DNA of 64,000 bases from an uncultured Acidobacteriota bacterium (GCA_963820645.1 CAWGAS010000031.1:156984-220983), one strand, 5' to 3'. Counted from the stretch's first letter, positions 39,414 through 49,263 are shown. Made by a program: numbers and translations. The notes: generated by a model not told the origin, from the sequence alone.

Positions 39414-40377
39414 ATGAGTCTGTTGTGGCCAGAATATTCGCCGCGGGACGAAAATGGCAAGTGGCCTGGACCGGAGACCGGACAAGTGAAGAGCTGGCTC
39501 GACGTGCTGGATGCGCTGTACCAAGGGTCGTGGAGCCCGGGGCTGCAGCGCTACCGATCCCCGTTTGCGTTCCGCGGGTTGCCCCTTGAGAATCTGTCGC
39601 TGGCGAGCTCGCTCGTCCGGCTGGCCGAGCCGGGCGCCCGGCAGCCCGACGTGCGGCGGCTCGAGCTGTCGCTGCTGCGCAACTTCCGCAAGTACGCGCA
39701 CGCCGAGGCGCACGGCACCGACTCGATCTGGGACTGGCTGGCGCTCGGGCAGCACCGCGGGCTCCCGACGCGGCTGCTCGACTGGACCTATTCGCCGCTG
39801 GTGGCCCTGCATTTCGCGACCGAGAGCCCCGATCGAGTTCGATCAGGACGGCGTCGTGTGGTGCGTGAACTTCGTCGAAGCGAACAAGCGGCTGCCGCGC
39901 CAGCTTCGGCGAATCCTGCAGACCGAGGGGTCCGACACGTTCACCGTGGAGATGCTCGGCCGGTTCGAGACGCTGAGCGCGTTCGATGCGCTCAGCCGTC
40001 AGCCGTTCGTGGTCTTCCTGGAGCCGCCCGCCATCGACCGGCGCATCCTCAATCAGCACGCGCTGTTCTCCCTGATGTCGAGCCCGACCGCCACGCTCGA
40101 CGAGTGGCTGCAGGAGCATCCGAAGCTGTGCCGGCGCGTCGTCATCCCCGCGGCGCTGAAATGGGAGATCCGCGACAAGCTCGATCAGGCCAACGTCAAC
40201 GAACGGGTCCTGTTCCCCGGGCTCGACGGCCTCAGCCGGTGGCTGACGCGGTACTACATGCCGACCAGCAGCAGATACCCGGTGCCCGCGGAAGATCCGT
40301 TGACGATGCATCCCGCGCGACAGATTGGGAGACGGATGCGGAGCTCGAGCCGCGGCAGACTTCGCAGACCGCGGTAG
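39414..40377 (+). pseudogene. FRG domain protein, read in two frames
   Basis: FRGLPLENLSLASSLVR...LALGQHRGLPTRLLDWTYSPLVALHFAT, then in another frame VFLEPPAIDRRILNQHALFSLM. The frame switch lies near 39830. The 3' end runs into a REP-like array. Confidence 0.65.
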
Positions 40378-40545
40378 GGGCGGGGCGGCCGCGGCGACTT
40401 CGCACCCGCGGTAAGGGCGCTCGCTTCGCTCGCGTAGGGCCGCGGCAGCCTTCGCACCGCGCGTAGGGGCGCGCACTCCCTTCGCACCGCGCGTAGGGGC
40501 CGCGCTCGCTTCGCTCGCGGTAGGGACGCGATCGGTTCGCAGATA
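40358..40545. repeat. REP-like array, family 2 (6-7 contiguous CTTCGCACCGCGCGTAGGGGC-type units)
   Basis: Units of 26-38 nt follow each other without unique spacers, for example cttcgcaccgcgcgtaggggcgcgcactcc / cttcgcaccgcgcgtaggggccgcgctcg. Confidence 0.75.
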
Positions 40546-40555
40546 GAATCACGCG

Positions 40556-41567
40556 ATGCCGCAGCTCCCGAAGACGATGACGGCGATCGAGATCGAGCGG
40601 CCGGGCGGCCCCGAGGTGCTACGGGCGGTCGAGCGTCCCGTTCCGGAGCCGGGGCCGGGCGAGGTGCTCGTGCAGGTCGAGGCCGCGGGCGTCAACCGGC
40701 CGGACCTGATGCAGCGGCTCGGCAAGTACCCGCCGCCGCCGGGGGCGTCGGACATCCCGGGGCTCGAGATCGCGGGAACGATCGTGGCCGTCGCGGAGGG
40801 CGCGAGCCGGTGGCACGTGGGGGATCGGATCTGCGCGCTCGTTTCGGGCGGGGGCTACGCCGAGTACCTGTGCCGCTCCGGCGATCCAGTGCCTGCCAAT
40901 CCCGGAAGGCCTGAACGCCGTTGCCGCGGGAGCGATCCCGGAGACGTTCTTCACGGTGTGGACCAACGTCTTCGAGCGCGGCAGGCTGGCCGCGGGGGAG
41001 CGCCTGCTCGTCCACGGCGGCGCCAGCGGCATCGGCACGACGGCCATTCAGCTCGCGCGCGCGTTCGGCGCGATCGTGTTCGCGACGGCAGGCTCCGACG
41101 ACAAGTGCGAGGCGTGCCGCTCGCTCGGCGCGGCCGTCGCGATCAATTACCGCACGCAGGACTTCGCCGAGGTGGTTCGGAGTGAGACCTCCGCTGCCGG
41201 CGTCGACGTCATCCTCGACATCGTCGGCGGCGACTACTTCCCACGGAACATCGAGTGCCTCGCGAGGCACGGCAGGCTGGTGCAGATCGGCCTGATGGGC
41301 GGGCCGAAGGCCGAGCTCAACCTGAGGGCCGTCCTCGATCGGCGCCTCACGATCACCGGCTCCACGCTTCGCGCGCGCAGCGTGGCGGAGAAGGGCGCGC
41401 TCGCGCGCGAGGTCGAGACGCACGTCTGGCCGCTCCTCGCCGCCGGCCGCGTCGCGCCGGTCATCGATCGGGTGTTTCCTCTGACCCAGGCCGCCGAGGC
41501 CCACCGCCGTCTCGAGTCCGGCGAGCACGTCGGCAAGATCGTGTTAGAGGTCGGGCGCGAGGCGTGA
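40556..41567 (+). pseudogene. NAD(P)H:quinone oxidoreductase (PIG3/zeta-crystallin family MDR), read in two frames
   Basis: MTAIEIERPGGPEVL...VEAAGVNRPDLMQRLGKYPPPPGASDIPGLEIAG, then in another frame LVHGGASGIGTTAIQLARAFGA...HVGKIVLEV. The frame switch lies near 40880. Confidence 0.8.
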
Positions 41568-41712
41568 ACTGCAGCTGATAAAAGACGCGCGGCGCTCGCG
41601 TCGTCTGTGACGCGGTTGCGACGGACGCGCCGATGTACGGGCAACGCCGGCACTGGCCGGCCGCGTCCCTCTGCCGCGAGGCGGGAAAACGGCCTCGGCT
41701 CGTACGCTCGCT

Positions 41713-42183
41713 TTGTCCGGTGGCCGATCCACCATCGTGTTCTTTTCTCCGCCACTTCGAGGTTCTCTCTCTGCCGCATGGTCCGAGTCAACATGGTCTG
41801 TCCTCAATGGATGCGCAGCTGAGATTCCCAACAGAGACGGGACACTGTCGCTACGGATCGATGAAGACGGCCGCGTCGAGGTGTTCAGGTGGGCGGCGAA
41901 AGCTGATTCGACAGGCGTTGCGATCGAACCTCCGCCATGGCGTCATGGTCTCCCAAGTCTGACGCTTTTTTTATCAACGACGGCAAGCAATTCCGGCCAG
42001 ACTAGCGTGTTTCGACTCTTTAGAATTGTCGATAACGGCATTATCGAAGACAAACGCATCCAGGAACTGGCGGTCAAGCGTTTTCGCGGCCTAAAGCGGT
42101 GCCGATCCGAGGCGTTTGATCCGAATGTGTGGGGCTTGGGTGGTGGCCGACGCAACGCGACTGTACCTGTTTGTTCAAGCTAA
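41713..42183 (+). CDS. Orphan ORF in the low-GC segment (no recognisable domain)
   Basis: Open frame only. The start is unclear and a T7 run at 41966-72 could hide a frame error. Confidence 0.2.
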   Translation: MSGGRSTIVFFSPPLRGSLSAAWSESTWSVLNGCAAEIPNRDGTLSLRIDEDGRVEVFRWAAKADSTGVAIEPPPWRHGLPSLTLFLSTTASNSGQTSVFRLFRIVDNGIIEDKRIQELAVKRFRGLKRCRSEAFDPNVWGLGGGRRNATVPVCSS

Positions 42184-42189
42184 TCACCA

Positions 42190-42417
42190 TCAACCGTGCG
42201 GCGCATTGACTTCATTCATCGGCATGGTCTGAAACTGACGACGACTCGATCGCCGAAACACTTTCCGAGGCGGCGCTAGACGACGATTTTGATCCTTGCT
42301 GTATCGAAGGAGCGTATCGGCAAGTAGCAAGCAAGACTGGTCAAGATGTACGAGGATGGCCTCAAACGTTCCGGAGTTGGAGGTTCTCACCTTGAGCAGG
42401 TCATCCACTTGATCCAA
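42190..42417 (-). CDS. Orphan ORF in the low-GC segment, convergent with the previous one
   Basis: 75-aa ORF (TTG start, frame open further upstream) with helical-looking sequence LDQVDDLLKVRTSNSGTFEAILVHLDQSCLLLADTLL. No family recognised. Confidence 0.2.
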   Translation of the reverse strand: MDQVDDLLKVRTSNSGTFEAILVHLDQSCLLLADTLLRYSKDQNRRLAPPRKVFRRSSRRQFQTMPMNEVNAPHG

Positions 42418-42928
42418 CTCGATGGGTTGATCTTTGCTCAGTGCTCGTCCCCTAGAGCGGCCTCGGGAGTGGCGTTACTTGGCCTGCGCAGTGCCGGCGC
42501 TGGGCGGCCGTGGTCCCTTCCACCCCAGCGCGCACAAAACGCGCGCCGGGGACCCCGGCTTGGAGCGAGGCGCCGCACCGCGAAGCCGGAAAACGGGTGA
42601 AGCGATTCCCCGCGGCGAGTTCGGTCAGTGTGATCCGCGTAGATCCCACGCGACCACCGGCGCATCAGTGCGCATCTGGCATCTGTCGCCCACCCGCATC
42701 CCTACTCGCCGCGCTATCGAGCGAAGCGAGCGAACGAGCTGAGACTTTTCCTGATGCTCGCGGGGCCCCACCCCCACTCGCTCGCGCTGCGGCGCGCGAA
42801 GACGCGCTATCCTCGCGCGGCCGCAGGCGCTTTTCCCGCCTCGCGGAAGAGGGACGCGGACGCCCAGTGCCGGCACTGCGCACCGCCGGCAATTGAGTAT
42901 CGGGGGCCCAGACCGTTCGTTTTATCGG

Positions 42929-43354
42929 CTATCCGTACGTCGCCCGCACGCGCCGTGACAACTTGAGGTAAGCGATCCACCCCGCCGCGTGCGCCACGGC
43001 CACGAGCGCCAGCGGCAGGTGATCCCCCGGCATCGTCTGTCCGGGCAGCCACGACCAGTAGAGCGACTGGACCGCGGTCACGGCCGACGCCACGAGCGCG
43101 ACGACGGCGACTGCGGGCGCGCGGGGGTTGCCGATCCACAAGGCCCACGCGGCTGCGACGGCGATCGCCGCGACGGCCGCATGCGCGAGGAGCTCCACCA
43201 CTGCGCCGGGACCGCGCATTCCGATCGTGCCCAGCGACCCAGCCATCTCGCCGGCGAGCTTCCTCGGCTCCCACACGAACAGGAACACGCACAGCAGCAG
43301 CAGCCAGCCGCGCCGCCTCACTCGGACTGCTCCTTCATCCGGGCCGACGCGCAT
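42929..43354 (-). CDS. Small polytopic membrane protein (hypothetical)
   Basis: From the internal ATG: MRVGPDEGAVRVRRRGWLLLLCVFLFVW... with 4 hydrophobic segments. The listed ORF start at 43435 lies in the class F repeat. Confidence 0.5.
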   Translation of the reverse strand: MRVGPDEGAVRVRRRGWLLLLCVFLFVWEPRKLAGEMAGSLGTIGMRGPGAVVELLAHAAVAAIAVAAAWALWIGNPRAPAVAVVALVASAVTAVQSLYWSWLPGQTMPGDHLPLALVAVAHAAGWIAYLKLSRRVRATYG

Positions 43355-43381
43355 TCCCGGATTGTACTCAATGCCCTGACA

Positions 43382-43488
43382 GGGTTCCGCTGGGTTCCAC
43401 CGGGTTCCTCGGGGTTCCACGGGGTTCTGTTCCACGGGGTTCCACGAGGTTCTAGGTTCTAGGTTCTAGGTTCTTCCGGGTTCGGGAA
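43382..43488. repeat. Class F repeat unit (GGTTCC-N3-4 tandem), solitary arm
   Basis: gggttccgctgggttccaccgggttcctcggggttccacggggttctgttccacggggttccacgaggttctaggttctaggttctaggttc. About 85 % similar by eye to 48485-48575 and to the reverse complement of 49165-49262. Confidence 0.8.
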
Positions 43489-43511
43489 GTCGTGATACAG
43501 ATACGCTCGGT

Positions 43512-45315
43512 ATGCGTCGTCCGAGTTTCAGCCGGATGCGGCCGTCCGCCGCCGTCTCGGCCGCGCTGCTCATCACACTCTACGGCGGGCTCCTGAGACT
43601 CGACGCGTTCACGGGCAAGTACGGCACGCTGGATCGTCCCGGCTGGGCCCGGTTCATGACCCACGAGGTCGCGCCGCTCGCGCGCGCCGTTCAACCCTCC
43701 CGCGTCTCCTGGACCCGCGAGCGGCGGCCTGTACGTGGGCGGCGACCCGATCAACTACATCGCGTTCGCGCGCGAGATGACCCACTTCTATCAGCCGCAC
43801 GTGCGCGAGCCCGTGTTCCTCGCGCTGACGCGCGTCAGCCTCTGGGCCCTCGAGCAGCAGGACGCGGCGGTCAGCCTCGCGTCGGCGATCGGCTCGACGG
43901 CGGCCATCTTCGCAACCTACCTCCTCGGCGCCGCACTGATTTCCCCACTCGGCGGCCTCGCCGCCGCGCTGATCATGGCCATCGACTACCAGGCGATCGC
44001 CTGGTCGGTGGACGGGTGGCGCGACGACACGTTCACGGCCACCGTTCTGCTCAGCGCGTGGGGACTCCTCAGGCTGCGGAACCAGCCGTCGTTCGCGAAC
44101 GCGCTGCTCGCGGGCTTCGCGGGTGGAGCTGCCTGCCTGACTCGCATCACCGCGTTCTCGTTCATTCTGCCGGCTCTGGTGTGGCTGGTCGTCGACGGCC
44201 CACGTCCGCTCTGGCGCGAGCGCGCGAGGCATGCGGCGACGGCGCTGCTGATAGTTGCCGCCGTCGTTGCGCCGTATCTGATCAGCTGCGCGATCGGGAC
44301 CGGCGACCCGCTCATCGCGATCAACTATCACACCATCTACTACCGAGCGCACGCCGGGCTGCCGTTCGAGGAGCCGATGAGCGCCCGCGAGTACATCCTG
44401 TCCAGGTTCGCGGGGCATCCGCTCGCCACATTCGACATCGGCGTCACCGGCCTCTTCGTTCACCCGTTCATCGGGCAGTGGACCGGCCTGGACGTCTGGC
44501 TGAGGATCCTCAGGCCCACGCTCTGGTGGCTGGCGCTTGCCGGGCTGGCCGCGCTGCCGTTTTCGGCCGCCGGCCGCCTGCTGCTCGTGATCCTGCTCGG
44601 CTCACTGTTTCCGTACGCCTTCACGTGGAATCTGGGCGGCAGCGGCGGCGAGTGGCGATTCACGATGCACGCCTACCCGATCTACACCATCGCCGCCTGC
44701 TACGCGCTGGCCGTCGTCTGTCGCGCGGTGGCGGCGGTCGTGCGCGACCCGTCACGCGCAAGGCGATCGACCGTCGTCTCGATCGCCACGCGCGCGGCGG
44801 CCGTCCTCGCGATTGCCGCGCTCCCGGCCGCCGGTTACGTCGCGCTGCCCTGGCTGGTGACGCGCGAGGCCATCGTGAAGGGTGACTCGGTGAGCATCGA
44901 AACCGGAGACCGCGACCGCGTGTTCTACCGGAGCGGCTGGTCGCCGCCATACAACGACGGCGTCACCGTCCGCGTCTCGCTCGGCGAACGCGCCTCGGTG
45001 CACGTTCCACTCCCGGCGAAGCGCGCCTACGAGATCGTGCTCAGGCTCGATCCCGTCGCACCGGACTCACAGGATCGCGTGACCGTGCTGTTCAATCGCC
45101 AGCTGGCAGGCGTGCTGCGGCTGAAGTGGAATCCGGAGCGCGTGGGCTCGTACCCGCTGACGGTCCCGGAGCACATGGTGCGGGCCGGAAGCAACGAGCT
45201 CACGCTCGTGCCGGAGACGATCGTGGCGGCGGGCGCCGCCGGTCCGCGTTTCGCGTGGCTCGATCCCGCCCAGAAGATCGGCGTGCGCCTGTGGTATGTC
45301 CGCGTGGTGAAATAG
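43512..45315 (+). pseudogene. GT-C-type (ArnT/PMT-like) membrane glycosyltransferase-like protein with a C-terminal soluble domain, read in two frames
   Basis: N-terminal 70 aa (MRRPSFSRMRPSAAVSAALLITLYGGLLRLDAF...) in one frame, the rest from about 43730 (GGDPINYIAFAREM... about 11 TM segments ... soluble C-domain) in the next. Confidence 0.6.
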
Positions 45316-45390
45316 GTCACTGTTTTTCCGGGTAGTGGTCCATGCACTGCCCAGGGTGACTGAAAACCAGGAGTTTGAACACTCGAGTAA

Positions 45391-45773
45391 CTGTCACGCC
45401 CCGCTGCGCCTGACTCTCCAACACGGAGTTCACGGAGGCCACGGAGTCTCTAATTTCACCCTCCCGAACGCACTCGAGCCGCGCGGAGCGCGGGCATGTC
45501 AGGCGAGATCGAGGATGCAAACAGCCGGGAGAATCAGCGCTGCTTGCATGCCTCGATCTCACCTGACCTGCAACGCCGGCCGCTGCAACCTCCGGCCGGC
45601 GCTCGAGTGCGTTCCCGTCAGGGATATCGGCATCAGTGTTCTGATTTGTGCGCACGTGCTGCCAACTGAGCGATCGTGTCGAAATACGAGCTTCAACCCA
45701 ATCGCTTCGCTCCCGGAGACTCCGTGCACTCCGTGAACTCCGTGTTGGAAAAACAGCGAAGCCTGTTTGACAG
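45391..45773. mobile_element. MITE-like non-autonomous element, copy B (~383 bp), opposite orientation to copy A
   Basis: Same terminal inverted repeats as 22967-23362 (ctgtcacgcc...ccaacacggag / ctccgtgttgg...cctgtttgacag). The interior is inverted relative to copy A. Confidence 0.7.
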
Positions 45774-45880
45774 TGATGTCAGTTGAATAGATTGGAAGGC
45801 TGGACGAACGCGCCAGGAAGCGAAGACAACAAAACGGGCTTCTCCGCTATGTCCGTTAACTCTGTGGTGAGCACCCTGTG

Positions 45881-47794
45881 CTAGACGTCCAGCTCCTCCG
45901 CTTCCTCGGCTCGATCCATGATGAACCGGAAGCGCGCGGACGGGTCCTTGCCCATCAGCTCGTTGATGACGCGGTCGGTGACGATCTGATCGAGGATCTC
46001 GACCCGCAGCAGCCGCCGCGTCCGCGGGTTCATGGTCGTTTCCCACAGCACCTTGGGCATCATCTCGCCGAGCCCTTTGAAGCGCGTGATCTCGGGATTC
46101 GATCGGCCGTTCCCGTGCAGCTTCAGCAAGCGGTCCCGATGCGCGTCGTCGAGCGCCCAGAACGTCTCCTTGCCGACATCGATGCGGTAGAGCGGCGGCT
46201 GCGCGAGGAAGATGCGGCCGGCGGCGATGAGGCCGGGCATGTGGCGGTAGACGAACGTCAGCAGGAGCGTGGCGATGTGATGGCCGTCGGAGTCGGCGTC
46301 GGAGAGAATAATGACGCGCCCGTAGCGGAGCCTGGCCAGGTCGAAGCTCTTGCCGAGCCCGCAGCCGAGCGCGGTCACGAGGTCGGACAGCTCCTTGTTC
46401 TCGAGCACCTTGGCGAGCGACACGCTCTCGGTGTTGAGCACTTTGCCGCGGAGGGGCAGGATCGCCTGGCGCGTGCGATCGCGTCCCTGCTTTGCCGATC
46501 CACCGGCCGAGTCCCCTTCGACGATGAACAGCTCGCTGTCCTCGCGGCCGGGAGACGTGCAGTCGCTCAGCTTGCCCGGCAGCGTGAGGCGGCCGGAGGT
46601 GGCCGTCTTGCGCGCGACTTCCTGCTGCGCGGCGCGGCTCGCCTCGCGCGCCCTGGCGGCGAGGATCACGCGCGCGACGATCGACTCGGCGATGGTGATG
46701 TTGGTGTTGAGCCAGTGCTCGAGCGCGGGACGCACCTGCGAGTCCACCGCCGACATCACCTCGGGGTTGTTGAGCCGGTCCTTCGTCTGCCCCTGGAACT
46801 GCGGCTCGGCAACGAAGACGCTCAGCACCACCACCAGGCCTTCGCGGATGTCTTCGGCGGTCAGCGTCACACCCTTCGGGGACAGGTTGTGGGTCTCGAT
46901 GAAGTTGCGGACAGCTTTGCCGAGCCCGGCGCGGAAACCGTTCTCGTGCGTGCCGCCCGATCCCGTCGGGATGCCGTTCACATAGCTCCGCACGTGCTCG
47001 TCGGTGGACTGCGTCCATTGCAGCGCGAGGTCGAGCCGCAGGCCGCTGTCGTCGCCGTCCTTGGACAGCGTGAACGCCGCATCGTGCACCGGCGTCGCGG
47101 TCCGCTCGCGCAGGATGGTCTTCAGATAGTCGACGAGCCCTTCGGTGTGCTGGAAGACGTGCTTCTCGCCCTTCGTCTCGTCCTCGAAGACGATCTTGAC
47201 GCCCTTGTGCAGGTAGCTCGAGACCTCGAGCCGCTGCTTGATGATCTCCGCGTCGAACTCCACCTTCGGAAAGATCGTCGTGTCCGGGCGGAAGAACACC
47301 GTGCTGCCCGTCCCGCGCGCGGCGCCGTTCTTCTTCAGCGCCCCGACCGCCTTCCCTTGCTTGAACCGCATCTCCCACTCGGCGCCGTCGCGCCGGACGG
47401 TGGCGACGAGCTCCTTCGACAGCGCGTTGACGACGCTGGCGCCGACGCCGTGGAGGCCGCCGGCGGTCTTGTAGCTCGCCGCGTCGAACTTGCCGCCGGC
47501 GTGGAGCGTCGTGAAGATCACTTCCAGCGCGCTCGTCTTCGTCTTGGCATGCTTGTCGACCGGAATCCCCCGCCCGTCGTCCGCAATCGAGATCGACGCG
47601 CCATCCTCGTGCAGCGTGACGGTGATGTTCGACGCGTGCCCGTTCATCGCTTCGTCGACGGAGTTGTCGAGGATTTCCCACACGAGATGGTGCAGCCCGG
47701 TGGATCCGACGCCGCCGATGTACATGCCGGGACGCTTGCGAACGGGCTCGAGCCCTTCGAGGACGGTAATATCTTTCGCGGTGTATGTGGCCAT
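45881..47794 (-). CDS. Type IIA DNA topoisomerase subunit B (GyrB/ParE family)
   Basis: Intact 637 aa. LEGLEPVRKRPGMYIGG, HHLVWEILDNSVDEA, GGLHGVG, ELFIVEGDSAGGSAKQGRDR, PLRGKVLN, IILSDADSDGHHI. Confidence 0.9.
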   Translation of the reverse strand: MATYTAKDITVLEGLEPVRKRPGMYIGGVGSTGLHHLVWEILDNSVDEAMNGHASNITVTLHEDGASISIADDGRGIPVDKHAKTKTSALEVIFTTLHAGGKFDAASYKTAGGLHGVGASVVNALSKELVATVRRDGAEWEMRFKQGKAVGALKKNGAARGTGSTVFFRPDTTIFPKVEFDAEIIKQRLEVSSYLHKGVKIVFEDETKGEKHVFQHTEGLVDYLKTILRERTATPVHDAAFTLSKDGDDSGLRLDLALQWTQSTDEHVRSYVNGIPTGSGGTHENGFRAGLGKAVRNFIETHNLSPKGVTLTAEDIREGLVVVLSVFVAEPQFQGQTKDRLNNPEVMSAVDSQVRPALEHWLNTNITIAESIVARVILAARAREASRAAQQEVARKTATSGRLTLPGKLSDCTSPGREDSELFIVEGDSAGGSAKQGRDRTRQAILPLRGKVLNTESVSLAKVLENKELSDLVTALGCGLGKSFDLARLRYGRVIILSDADSDGHHIATLLLTFVYRHMPGLIAAGRIFLAQPPLYRIDVGKETFWALDDAHRDRLLKLHGNGRSNPEITRFKGLGEMMPKVLWETTMNPRTRRLLRVEILDQIVTDRVINELMGKDPSARFRFIMDRAEEAEELDV

Positions 47795-47880
47795 CAGTTG
47801 GTGGGGACCGGACGCAGCATCGGTGAATGGTACCAGAACTTTGACATTTCTCAGTCGAGGCCGCAGCCGCAGTCACGATT

Positions 47881-47950
47881 TACAGGAGGTCAGGAGAGCA
47901 AGAGGTTTTTTTCAAAGACAAAATTACTCCTGATCTCCTGATCTCTGTTT
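47881..47950. repeat. Tandem-armed palindrome, class E
   Basis: tacaggaggtcaggagagcaagagg, then loop tttttttcaaagacaaaatta, then ctcctgatctcctgatctctgtt. Confidence 0.85.
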
Positions 47951-48004
47951 TCTTTCACAGGCAAACATGCTGGTTGGATACTCTTAGACTCGCGGAATCA
48001 CGCT

Positions 48005-48505
48005 ATGCCACACGACACTGAAATCGATCGAATCCTGGACCAGCTCGCGCGGGAGCACGACGGCGATCCCTGGCACGGTTCGCCGTTGCGGGGCATCCTG
48101 AAGGGAGTGACTGCGGCGGCGGCCAGCGCGCGGCCCATCGCCGGCGGGCACTCGATCTGGGAGCTCGTGCTTCACATGACCGGCTGGAAAAATGAAGTAC
48201 GGCGGCGGCTCTCGGGAGCGCCGGCGAAGACGCCTGAAGGAGGAGACTGGCCGAAGGCCGGAGAGCCGACCGAGGCTCGATGGCAGGAGGCGCGCGAACG
48301 CCTGCAGCAAGCGCACGACGATCTCCTCAGCGCCATCCGTGCGCTTCCGGAAGAAAAGCTGTACACGCCCACGAACGATCCGCGCAGCAAACCGCTCGGC
48401 ACTGGAGTGTCGTACTACGTCCTGCTGCACGGCCTCGTCCAGCATGACGTTTATCACGCCGGGCAGATTGCGATTCTGAAGAAGGGTTCCGCTGGGTTCC
48501 GCTAG
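48005..48505 (+). CDS. DinB family protein
   Basis: Intact 166 aa. DPWHGSPLRGIL...HSIWELVLHMTGW...VQHDVYHAGQIAILKK. The last codons are supplied by the class F repeat. Confidence 0.8.
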   Translation: MPHDTEIDRILDQLAREHDGDPWHGSPLRGILKGVTAAAASARPIAGGHSIWELVLHMTGWKNEVRRRLSGAPAKTPEGGDWPKAGEPTEARWQEARERLQQAHDDLLSAIRALPEEKLYTPTNDPRSKPLGTGVSYYVLLHGLVQHDVYHAGQIAILKKGSAGFR

Positions 48506-48575
48506 GTTCCACGGGTTCCGCAGGGTTCTGTTCCACAGGGTTCGACTGGGTTCTAGGTTCAGGGTTCAGGTTCAG
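48485..48575. repeat. Class F repeat, left inverted repeat of the four-helix-bundle cassette
   Basis: ggttccgctgggttccgctaggttccacgggttccgcagggttctgttccacagggttcgactgggttctaggttc, followed by ggttcagg tandem copies up to about 48610. Confidence 0.8.
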
Positions 48576-49024
48576 GGTTCAGGTTCAGGGTTCTCGGTTC
48601 CGGGTTCCTGAGGTTCGGGCTTCGGCTTGGCTCGCGGCGGTGTGAACGGTTTCTTGCGGCCGCAGCGGCGCAAGTACTTGTGGAGCCGATTGCTCGCGCG
48701 AAGCGCGCGACAGGCAAGTCGCCAGGCATCGGTGAAGTCTTCCTCCGTGAAATACTTCTTGTCGCGGCCGTGGATCAAGTGGTCCTGCGTCTCCGATAGC
48801 GAGCTGCGGGCGATGTTCAGGAAGTGCGCGAACTCGGGCGGATCGAAGCGGGCGAAGCCTTCCGCCATGTTCCGCGGAGCGGAGCAGGCGGAGTCGCGGA
48901 TTTGATCCCGGAATCTGAAGTCCTTCAGTACCGGTCCCTGCTCGATCATCCGACAGACGAGATCGCGCAGCTTCACGGCGACCTGCCAGCAAATCAAATC
49001 CTCGAATCGCTTCGCTACGGCCAT
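48572..49024 (-). CDS. Four-helix-bundle protein (TIGR02436 / 23S rRNA IVS protein / Avd-like family)
   Basis: Intact 150 aa. FEDLICWQVAVKL...IRDSACSAPRNMAEGFARF...FLNIARSSLSETQDHL. The C-terminal tail PKPEPQEPGTENPEPEP is encoded by the repeat. Confidence 0.8.
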   Translation of the reverse strand: MAVAKRFEDLICWQVAVKLRDLVCRMIEQGPVLKDFRFRDQIRDSACSAPRNMAEGFARFDPPEFAHFLNIARSSLSETQDHLIHGRDKKYFTEEDFTDAWRLACRALRASNRLHKYLRRCGRKKPFTPPRAKPKPEPQEPGTENPEPEP

Positions 49025-49164
49025 GCCGCCCGAGGTGCAGAGGGCATGCCGAGTAAATTCCTTAGAGAATCGAAGTGTTCAGTCGAAAAGATCGCAGATT
49101 CGTCGTCATCAGTCAGGCGGGATGGTGGCGTTTTCTGCCACCCTCGTGCGCGGCGCGGAGCGCC

Positions 49165-49262
49165 GAACCAGAGGAACCGAACCTAGAACCTAGAACCCAG
49201 CGGAACCTCGTGGAACAGAACCCTGCGGAACCCCGTGGAACCCTGTGGAACCTTGCGGAACC
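49165..49262. repeat. Class F repeat, right inverted repeat of the four-helix-bundle cassette
   Basis: Its reverse complement, ggttccgcaaggttccacagggttccacggggttccgcagggttctgttccacgaggttccgctgggttctaggttctaggttc, aligns along its whole length with 48485-48575. Confidence 0.8.
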
Positions 49263-49263
49263 T

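Larger units (their letters stand above)
41646..42876. other. Compositionally atypical (low-GC) segment bracketed by ~45-nt inverted repeats
   Basis: gccggcactggccggccgcgtccctctgccgcgaggcgggaaaa (41646-41690) matches the reverse complement of 42830-42875. Hand counts give 42 % GC for 42001-42060 and 52 % for 41941-42000. Confidence 0.5.

Noticed and set aside
40358-40545. Possible CRISPR array, given regularly spaced GC-rich repeats of about 28 nt
   Set aside because: The units abut each other with no unique spacers and are degenerate in length and sequence. The same units occur at three other loci in both orientations. No cas genes or leader are present. The pattern fits REP/BIME-like arrays.
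48572-49024. Diversity-generating retroelement, because the protein belongs to the Avd-like four-helix-bundle family
   Set aside because: There is no reverse transcriptase, no template/variable repeat pair and no target gene with a C-type lectin fold in the window. Standalone copies of this family are common.
48485-49262. 23S rRNA intervening sequence
   Set aside because: There is no rRNA sequence anywhere in the window. The cassette lies between dinB and sucB. Only the gene-in-a-stem geometry is analogous.
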